From Chrysomallon squamiferum (taxonomy: Eukaryota; Animalia; Mollusca), in NCBI GenBank assembly GCA_012295275.1, contig CM022673.1, forward strand, positions 1,054,001 to 1,118,000: DNA of 64,000 bases, written 5' to 3'. The notes under the pieces were generated by a model. That model was not told the DNA's origin, ran no database searches, and saw only the letters and a list, made by a program, of their open reading frames with translations. The position numbers were made by a program, and so were the translations under genes. This document shows positions 53,790-64,000 of this stretch, piece by piece (within the stretch, counting starts at the first letter, position 1; each line of letters starts with the position of its first letter).

Positions 53790-54056
53790 AAGGGAGAATG
53801 TAGTTTAATGGCTGGACGGCAGGCCTGAAGGGTTAACAGTTTCCAGTATTTGTTTGTCCAATTGATTGTTTCCTATTCCAGCCAGTGAGTCAAAACTGTT
53901 AAAGTCACTGGTATGTGCTTCCCTGTCTTAAAGAAGGTGTATATAAAAAGATTTCTAGATGTTAACCTGAAGATAGGAATTGACCATGTTGTGTGTCCAG
54001 TGGGTTTTCTGTTTTGTTACCATCATTACACAATAAGTGTTGTGTTTGTTAATAAT
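53790..54056 (+). mobile_element. Degenerate tRNA-derived SINE with conserved central domain (Nin/Deu-type, by recall)
   Basis: A-box-like head GGGAGAATGTAGTTTAATGG followed by TTCCAGCCAGTG..ACTG..AAAG..GGTATGTGCTT.CCTGTCT..GGTGTATATAAAA.GA, matching my recollection of molluscan SINE cores. Confidence 0.55.
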
Positions 54057-55483
54057 ACAGAGTGCTGACATCATGTCAAGTAGTGTCACTGATACGTGAG
54101 TAATGCAGTGAATGTCTGTCTGAGTGTGAACATATTAACTTTTTTTCTTTTTATAAAAAAAAAAATCAAAAAAAACAACAACTAAATAACACCAATATGG
54201 TTAACAGTGCAAATTATAACCCATTCAATAATTAATTCCAGTATTAAATCAATTATTGGTTATTTGGTGGATTGAACTATTTTCCAATGCTGGTGGCATT
54301 GGCTTAATACAATTATCTCTTTAATTATTAATCTAGCACAGAGAGGTCTGTAATGACTGGTAACTATTGTTGCGCTGTCAGGAAATGTAACATAGTTCAA
54401 GTTGTAAACATGCCGTACCTACAATGATGGTCTGACAATACTTCACTGTTTTCAAACAACACCCAAGAACAATACACACTGAAATCAATTTTTACAATAT
54501 TAATGGCCATAAAACATGCAAACTGCTATTCTTAATTTATTTTATTTTGTTTTTGTTTCATTTTTTTTTTTTAATTTTATATTATTATTATTAATTTTTT
54601 TTAATCTTTTATTATTTTTTTACTATATTTTAATGCTGATCCTCTATATGCAGCAAGATATCTGTTATATGCACCTTTCTAAAGATAGCAGAGGAACGCA
54701 GTAGTATTTGAAACACTGGTTATTACTGAGAAAGTATCCAGCACTGATTTTGCAACACATCTTTGTCAAATATTCTTCCAGTGAGCTGTAACTTGCTCCT
54801 AACACACAGCAAAATGCTGCACATGTTGCTGCAGTAAAAGATACACTTAAACATTTTTTTTTTTTTTTACAATCCACTAAATCAATCTTAACGGAAGAGT
54901 GCAGTAAATCAATATCTATTACATGACCAGCTCATTTAATGAACCTTTTCATTTCTTCACAAATCTTCTGGCTGTATTCATCAACGAATATATCTAAGTC
55001 TTAATAACATATATGTTAGTTTTTCCCTTATTTTTTTGGTTTTCCTCAGGGTGCCATTCAGACAACTTAAGCTTGTAAATTCTTCAGCATAAACAGAGCT
55101 GAGAATTCCAGTTCTATCTGGACACCAGACAAACACAATGATGATTTCAAGATCAAGAGATTTCTGCGTCTAATCCCTGGGGGAATCTGCGGATACTGAA
55201 CCTTTACGTCTTTTAATCTTTTTGATGTCCCCAAGTTAACTTTCAATACAAAACCTTTTAACGAATCAGACTGTCGTCTACACAACTTGCAACGAAAATG
55301 ATTTTTTGTTTTTCTTTCTTTTTCTCTCTTCAGTTTTAAGTGATAGGATTTGCTCTTATCCATGGTGGAAAAAACAAACTTTTTAACAAAATCAGACTGT
55401 CATCTGCATCAGAAGTGATGTAAAATTAAAATTTAAGACTTTGTTTTGAAAGTGTTATAGTGTGTATGTATGACTGATTTTGA

Positions 55484-55516
<33 letters not shown>

Positions 55517-55550
55517 CATGTGTGAAAGTGGATTTTTTAAAAATCTCTTT

Positions 55551-55589
<39 letters not shown>

Positions 55590-58500
55590 ATGCAGACATT
55601 CACTTATTCCTTTCATCCTTCCTTCCTTCATTTTTTTCTCTCTTTTTCCTCATCCCTCTGACTTTCTTTCTCTGAGAATACACATTTCAGAAACATTTTA
55701 AAAATATTAGTTTAGGAAAGTTAATTTAAAAAGCTTCAAAATAAGGATTTAAGACTACACAATTTTTGTTACACTAAATACTTGCACAGCTGTCTTCACT
55801 TGCGCATGTAGAATAATTTATGCATATTACGTACTTTAGTCATGCTGTAGTTATCTCTCCACAAGTATGCAGTGAGTAATAATCTCTTTATGCTGATGTT
55901 TCAACTATGTCATCAGGAACAGAGGCTAACAAAGCAGTGTGAGCAATAAATAATAAATTACACTTTCAATTAATGATTTTATCTACAAGTATTAGAGATC
56001 TTGGTGCACAGATTCAAACTCATCCCTATAAAACATGTCTGTTACCTGGAATTCTTTTGTGCAGCTGACAAAAAGATTTACAGTGTAATACTGTAAAAGA
56101 TCTATTTGAGGACAGTGTATGAATGTGTTATCATCCTTTAGTCAAAAAATTATGCAAACAGGATTATCAGTTTAATCTTGAATAGACAGTTCACACCCAA
56201 ATTCACGTGGATAAAGCAAAGTATATAAATACATTTTATTGTCATGAAAATAAATTTAGCACATGATTACTAATTTAAAATGAAAATAAAGCAAATATTA
56301 TCAGGATCACATTTTTTATTTAATACTTCTATGTCAGAGTATTTTTTTTTATTTTTTTTATATTATATATTTATTATTATAATTAATAATTCTTTTCTTT
56401 CCTTGTTTTATTTTTTTATTTAATAACATCAACAGTTATTATATAATTAAAAACAATATTTCTGTGGAAACAAATGAACAGAAATTTATCCTTGTCAATA
56501 TATTCTTAATTAATCATATATATATATATATATATATATTCTCTGCAATGACAATTTCACTGAATAAGATACGAACATTTCATATTACATTTCACATTAC
56601 ATATTTAGAATGTTTTTCTTATTATATACATATATTTTTAAATTCACCTTAATTACAACTTATACTCAAATTATGACCTTACTGTTTCAACAAATGAACT
56701 AATTTTCAGTTCTCACACAAAATACCAGATTGTTGCCCTGAATTTACAATTCTGAATGACGTCTTCAAAACTATTTTGCACCTCAAGATTTTGTCCTTGC
56801 CACAAAAAGATAAACAATTTCAACTGTGGCAGCCATAAACTTTGTGTGCTTTGGTCTTTGGAGTCTTGCCACAGTTGTTTATCTTTGCTGAACAGAGAAG
56901 AAAAGGTCCCAGTAAAAACTCAAGAGCTATCAACTGAATAGAACCACTTGACTCTTCTTCAAATCTCATGTGACAACAACAAAAGCATGAGAAGGTTTTG
57001 TAGTTAACTGTTTTGTTGAATTAGTATTTAAATCACATACAAGTAAGACGTATATCAAGAAAGGTTCTAATTATTATGAAATAGAATTGCCTTGAAATTA
57101 AAAAATGTATGAGAATCTGTTATTTTAGAATAATAATAATAATAATAATAATGCCATTTTTAAATTCAAGAAAATATGATTTAAAAAAAAATAATAATAA
57201 TAAACTAAAAAAAACAACTAAAAATAATAAAATTAAATTTAAAAATTAAAAATTAATAAAATCAGAAAAGCAGAGTTAGAAAATGAAATAAATGCTGTAA
57301 TATTAGTGGCTAATATAAATGGGTATTTTTTTATGTTTTATTTTTTTTATTTAATCAAATGAAGATTAAACAAAATTTCAGTTAAGAATGACAAAATTTA
57401 CTGAAATACTAAAGATGGTTACATGTGTAATAATAAAGTGATAAAAATCTTTAAATGCTAATGTGCATTTGACATTTGTGTGAGTCTACACAAAGTGTAA
57501 ATGTCAAATGGTGACATGCACACTTATGTTATGTTGCTTCACAGTCCAAGAAATGACAACATTAATAAAGAGAACAAGTAAAATGGCTTCTCTGAAACAG
57601 TTTCTACAGTAATACCATTTTCTTCTTTAGCAGTATCAGCAACACTACCAGAGATTTAGTTAACATTTATTAAACTGTAAAACATTTATTTTTATTGGTT
57701 ACCTATCATATTTCAAAAAAACATTAATAATTAAAAAACAATTAAAAAATTATATGAAGTTTTTATAATAATATTAAAATTACATGTTTATAATGATTCT
57801 TTTTTTTTTTCGTTTTTCCTAAATAGTTTTATTATTATTGAAAATATTCAAAATAATAATGGTTGTTAATTTCATTTTTCATATAAGTATGCTGTCATAT
57901 AATTCTATGCCCACATTCCTTTATAATACATACATAAAATTCAAAAACCTGCCAAAAAAAGAAAAAAAAAACAATTGGTTTTGGTTTTTTCTGAAGTAGA
58001 CACATCATGTTTTTTAACTTCTATTTCTAGAACTTAAACCGTGTAATTATTTTGTAACTGCTGGTAACATGCCTTTTCAAAATATCATCTCTCATATATT
58101 TGTAGAAAAAAAACATAAAAAACCACACAAAAAAAAACACACTAAAAATGTCAACTTAAAACTTGTGTAAACAATAGAACAATTATGTCACAAATGTGTA
58201 TGTCTTTATACAGTGATATCAAAACAAAAAAAAGTAAAAAATTCTTAATCTTGATAATGATGCAAATTTAAACTCTTGGCATTTGTTTAAAACATCAGTG
58301 ATGACAGTCTGAAACTGTTTTATTTTTTCTGTGCTGGGCAAATATTTTAACAGAAGTACTAACTGCTTACTCTTCATGACAAACAGACACTGATAATTGA
58401 AACATATTTATACAATTAACACCATGCTCTTCCAAAAACTAATATTGTCAAAGGGTTTGACAGACCATTTAGATATAAAAAAATAAATAAACTGTCTGTT

Positions 58501-61007
58501 ACAAATTATTGCTAATTCTGTTACTTTCAGTCTTCCTAGAATACATTTTTCCTTTATAATTATTAAAAAAATGTTAAATGTTCAATTAAAATGTAAATTT
58601 AAACATGTTTGAATTCTTTTCAAACTGATTTTTCAATTAATATTTATTTATTTAATTTTTTTTAAACGATATAAAGAGGACAACATTATAGAAGACAGTG
58701 AGAGATTCTAATCTTACGATGATAAAAATGATTTTGCACTCAAGTGAACGCAAAGAGTCATTAACAAACATCAATCACACTCTGATATTTGTTGTTATTA
58801 AAATCCTTCAGAAAACCTTGCAGAAATGAATCTAAATTGATGAAAATAGAATTCTAAAATTAACAGCTAGACAATAACATCATTGTTATTTGAATGTGTG
58901 CTGTCAGTATTTCAGGGTGACTTTATATGCTTTCTTTAAATTTATATTCTTTTTATATTTTCATTTTTGTAAAAAAAAAAAAAAAAATTAACGATCATTG
59001 ATTTCTATTTGGGTAAAACTCACTTTTAAATATTTCTCATGATCGTTTCAGAGCTATTTAATATTTTTTATTTGCAGCACTTTTCAGGCTACAGAATTTT
59101 GACATCATTAACAACAATCAACAATTTTTCCACACGACAAACTGATAAACTCACCACAATATATTCAATCGAACTGAGCAGGAAATGGCAATACGGCAAT
59201 GTATGCGCAATTACAAATTCATTCAAGAAATCCATTAGTCTCGACACATATTTGATGAGGTTCAAATGGAGACAACATCAAGCCTACAGTCTGTGACACG
59301 TGGTGACAATTAACTGATATCCTGCTAACAACCTAGGCTATACATCACCACAGGAGGAAAACAAAAAATCATTAGTCCATTGACAAGGTGACATTTTGTG
59401 GCCATTCGCAGACAGCTTAGCTGTCATTATAATACTAAGCATGTAATCATCAATCAAAGTCTATTGACCAAAAACAGAATGGACTAATAACACATAAGAG
59501 CATGTACTGTTTATGTCAGGCTGTCATCCTATGTCACGAGGTTAGGACGTAGCTTTGGGCTGTTTGACAAGTCAGTGAACAGCACCAGGTTGTGTTAGTT
59601 AAGTAAAAAATGTCCAGCAGACTAAATCTGCTGTGTATGGGACACAACAGAAGTGAGATAATTGTCTGTAATATGTTCATTAAATACACCACTGATTTAT
59701 TTATTATGCAGGCAAGTGAAATTAATAGCTAAAACTGTGCTTTGACATTCTGTGTATACGGTGTGTGTGTGTGCGTGCGTGCATGTGTGTGAGTGTGAGA
59801 AATGTAGAAATGAAAGCTCATTAAACATTATTACTAGTTTCATTTCACTACTGTTTGGTTTATTTTCTAAAAGCGGATAACAAATTACAAAGCAGAATTT
59901 TGATTAAAATAAGAAATGTAAAATAAATAAATGTTTAATTAAGAACACACACACATACACTACATTAGAATTTTAAAAATAAAAACACGCATAATATTGC
60001 TATCTACTATAAACAAAAAAAAAATTCAAAAATTTCAGTAATTTATACCATTACATTTAATAATTATGTATTAAAATATTTTGTTTATTATAATAACTAA
60101 CACAAATGTAATATCAGAAAAGAAAATCAATGCAGACACTCTACAGATTAAGTGATTATGTATTACATGGTGGATTTAGAAACTGACTGCGAAAGATTAA
60201 CACTTCAGTATTATGTAATTAAAAGCTTCAGGGAAATGGAAAACTTTGAAACCAATACTACACAAACAGTCTTGAATTATATAGTTAGTATGCATATAAA
60301 TATGATTATATTAATATAAAACATATAAAATGTATTGTATCTCTGTACAAAAAAACTGAATTCTATCAACGTTATGCCTATATACTGAATTATATTACAC
60401 TTATGAACTTTACTGTATCAATATATATATTTATATAATAAATTGAATTTTATGCATGTAAGATGAATTATATTGTACATACAAAATGAATTACATCAAT
60501 ACTATGCACATAAAGTGAATTTAATTATGTTATAATATATGTATATATTTTACACACATTTACAGACTGAATTATTTGAATATTATACACACAAACTAAA
60601 TTATAAAATTTACACATTCAACACACTTTGATATGACAAGGATGGAGAAGAGGAAACCAGTGTGGGTATTTGAAGAAAAGAATTGATTCTTTATGTGCAG
60701 CAAGTGCACTGGGAAGTGTAACCAAGCAGTTTTCTGAAGGAAATGGTCGCCTGGTTTTGTCAACAGAAGGATAAACACAGCTCAGAAAAAGACAAAGATG
60801 AATGAAAAGGAATGCACACAGACAAGTACACATTCATGTAGACAAATATACATTCATATGTACAGACATAATGATACACACAGCAAACAAACACATATAC
60901 ACAGTCACATATATACAAACACACATGTACCCCCTTCTGTTCACACATCATTGACTTACATGTATATTTTCACAAAGATAAAGTTCATAAATACACATTT
61001 TATGCAA

Positions 61008-61056
<49 letters not shown>

Positions 61057-61497
61057 ATATATATATATATATATATATATAGTCGCATATACATTTGCAC
61101 ATGCACACACATTATATACGTTCACAAGAAAAATGATATATTCTAAAAATATTCAATTTTTCATTTCACCTTTCAAAACATGAAGCAAATTTGTTTAAGA
61201 CATCTAATTTTGTAAAATATAAATATTCTATTTTAGATGATAAAGCACTTTTGATGTATATTAGCAATAAAACATAAATAAAATTTAAAAAAAGAACTAG
61301 ACTATTAAGCATTATATGTTATCTACATATTTTACTCAAAATAAAATCTTACCTTTGAACAGACACAGAGAAACATCCTTATTAGTTAAAGAAACAGCCA
61401 TGAATGTGAAAAACAAATATCTTACCTTAGGCAATAACGCCATGGTGTTATGTAAATGTCTAATACAATAATAAAATATATACATCATGAATGGAAG

Positions 61498-61532
<35 letters not shown>

Positions 61533-62880
61533 GGGTTAATTTATTCTTTTAAGTATAAACAAATTTTCTCAGACTTGATTATTTTATTTGTCAAGGAATG
61601 AAAGACTGAACTTTTAATGACAGTGTAGTATAAAGAAATATATGAATAAATAATTTATTTATTTATTTATTTATCATTCTTACAATTCGTATTCATTTGT
61701 ATATAACTTTTACACTAGTATTTTTGTATTACACAAAGTTTTAAAGTTCACCTGGTATGAAATGGCACATAATACTAACATACCAATATTTATTGATAAC
61801 TGAAAATGCCACATGAATAATTCATGACAGAGGCCCATGTAAAATAAATGTGTCTGTATTTAATGTGGGAAACACCTTGTATGAATATAAGTATTAAAAA
61901 GACCAGAAGGCCAAAGTAAGTATTATTATTATACACAACAAAAGTTTAAATACCTGTAAATTTCACATGCTACAAAATTAAAAATGTGTCCGTTTTATCC
62001 ATGCACAAATGCTGTTAAGAAGGGATTTGACCGATTTAAAAAAATAATAAAAAGATTAATTTTTAATAGATTTATTTGAATGCTAATAGTATTATATAAT
62101 TTTAAAGAACGTTTTTGTTGTCACTTGATTTTGGTTTCACTTTTTCTTTTAATTAATGGACTGTTTTGGGGTTTTTTCCAAAACCTTTTTAGGAAGATGA
62201 TTCCAAATATATCAGATTATGATTATTATTATTATTATGATATTTATTATTATTTTTGTTTTTTAAATCGAAAGATAAAAAAAAAGTAAGTTTTTATATT
62301 TATCATTTCAAAAAACAGAAGCATTTATAATATTATATTATATTAGATTTTTTTGTATCTAGATTTAACTGAGGGTAAAAAGGTAAAGAACTAACTAAAT
62401 TTAATCAGAAGAGAATTTTAAAAATAAATATATAAAATGTACTCGAAATTATCTTAAAAACTATAAAGTAATCAGATATATTTATATTAAACTTACTCAG
62501 GAGAACCATTTTTAACCGTAAGAATTGTTTCACAAATTGTCTTCACCGTTTGTTAATATAACACGAATATTTGAAAAAATTATTAATTATCATACTTTAA
62601 ATAGTAACAAGAAGAAAAAATGAAAATAAAAATGTTATTTAATGAAATACCCACCTCAAAAACCAAGTAATCCTAACAACTGAAGTAATGAACTGAAAAG
62701 AAAGAACATCTACTTATCCCAGTGCTGGATGTAATGAACTGCGACAACAAGTCTTGCACAGACATCCTCAGAATACAAATGTCAGTCAAGTGATCTTTGA
62801 AAAAAGAACCCAGATTAGCTCTTCAAAGACCAACTAAATTGGACTGGGAGAAAAAGAAGAAGGAAAAGAAAAAGACCTAC

Positions 62881-63025
62881 CAAAATAGTGAACAACTTTC
62901 TTTGGTCGTCTATCCAGTGGATGGAAATTTTTATTTACTGATGGTGTACTTCTCACATAGACAATCCGAACATGATTTCCTGTCCACCTTCTTGGTGTTC
63001 TGTATCTACTTCTGTCCAAAAGCAT
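62881..63025 (-). CDS. Candidate distal first coding exon of RIPOR (48 aa)
   Basis: ATG 63025, MLLDRSRYRTPRRWTGNHVRIVYVRSTPSVNKNFHPLDRRPKKVVHYF, donor G|GTAGGT in phase 1, compatible with the open phase-1 acceptor at 42464. Confidence 0.3.
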
Positions 63026-63900
63026 AATTTCAGATTTTCAGATGTTCTTAATTACTTTGAAATTCTTAACTAAGTTGCATGATAGATGATACTGGCATGC
63101 TATATTAATTTTCAAGTCCTGTTCTTACAAAACTTTCAACACCAATGCTTGCTGGCTCACATCACTCTTAGCGCTTCCTTGTTTACACGATAGCTCAAAT
63201 GGATGTCCAGATTTTGTTAATCCATGGTAAACTTCACACCAGCTAAACATCCATTAGGGCAAACAAGCCTATCACCAAAGGAGAAACAGATACCACCCAA
63301 AAGTCGATAAAACTCTTAAAATGTTTGTCAACTGTACATGCTGCAGAACCATGATGGAAATTTTATGGTTTTTTTTATATTTAATTTTTTTTTTTAAATA
63401 GACAAAAGTACAAAATATAGTAGTAGAAGTAAAGTTTAATAGAAAAAAAAAAATGTAAACTTTTGCAAAAATGACCTTTTAACAGAAATATTAGGCTAGC
63501 AATTAGAAATTCTGAGAGCCTGTGTGGTATTTACAAAAAAACTAGTCTCTTTATTTGAACTTGGTTTTCTTTGTTGTCCTGTGATGTCTGTGCAAACCAA
63601 CCAGTCGGATTATTTATGCACACCATTATCATCACCATCAGCAGCAGCAGCACAACAACCTATCTGACCAGCATCTCTGAGGATCGTTATCAAATAATGC
63701 ATGCAGACAGAACAATCAGAGCACCACTAGGTATGCCACGACATCCGCTAGACTACAGTGAAAAAATGTCTGAAGTGACAGACTCTTGTCCACTACTTTA
63801 TCCCCGACTTCCGGCTAATAAGAAATGCAAGATATGTGAGCCTTGCTGTTATGTATGAAGACATGAAAATGAAAGCATCATGCCAAGATACTACATCTGA
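62900..63900 (+). mobile_element. Possible highly decayed piggyBac-like transposase fossil
   Basis: Frameshifted fragments in expected order: VLNYFEIL, ITKGET, DK..M/LSTVH, WY/KKLV, ARLQ, then Cys-rich KKCKICEPCCYV..RYY. Confidence 0.35.
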
Positions 63901-64000
63901 CACATCTTGTACAAAATAAATTACTTGGAAACAGCAAAGGGAAAATCTGCCAAATGTAATCTGTATTACTTGTCAGGATTAGCAAATCAAACATTAAGAG

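Noticed and set aside
54665-55363. ORFs at 55067-55363 and 54665-54877 as RIPOR coding exons
   Set aside because: No homology; the MCCKISAG... segment ends at a weak phase-2 donor incompatible with the phase-1 acceptor at 42464.
60600-60785. Third copy of the Nin/Deu-type SINE
   Set aside because: Only short scattered matches; too decayed to call by eye.

Overview
AT-rich, microsatellite-dense eukaryotic genomic DNA with spliceosomal introns; it looks like an invertebrate, probably a mollusc or other lophotrochozoan (inferred from gene and repeat content). I reconstructed four genes by hand from GT-AG sites and exon phases. (1) Minus strand, CDS 2114-2799: an 89-aa secreted prepropeptide absent from the ORF track, with signal peptide, RRTR and KR cleavage sites and a Gln-started C-X8-C peptide. 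(2) Minus strand, 6636-10100: a 6-exon secreted F-type plus C-type lectin with an in-frame TAG at 8032-8034. (3) Plus strand, 14263-15024: a C1orf74/UPF0739 homolog with one coding exon. (4) Minus strand, 21529-42450: a 22-coding-exon RIPOR/FAM65 gene of about 914 aa, with a 24-nt microexon, a 1-nt frameshift in exon 20 and several candidate first exons out to 63025. Repeats include a deleted Tigger/pogo element, a TIR-bounded MITE with a diverged second copy, tRNA-derived SINE-like pieces, a 236-bp foldback, a duplication of the lectin promoter region, minisatellites and a possible piggyBac fossil. No CRISPR, rRNA or intact tRNA was seen. Family assignments rest on motif recall, not database searches.
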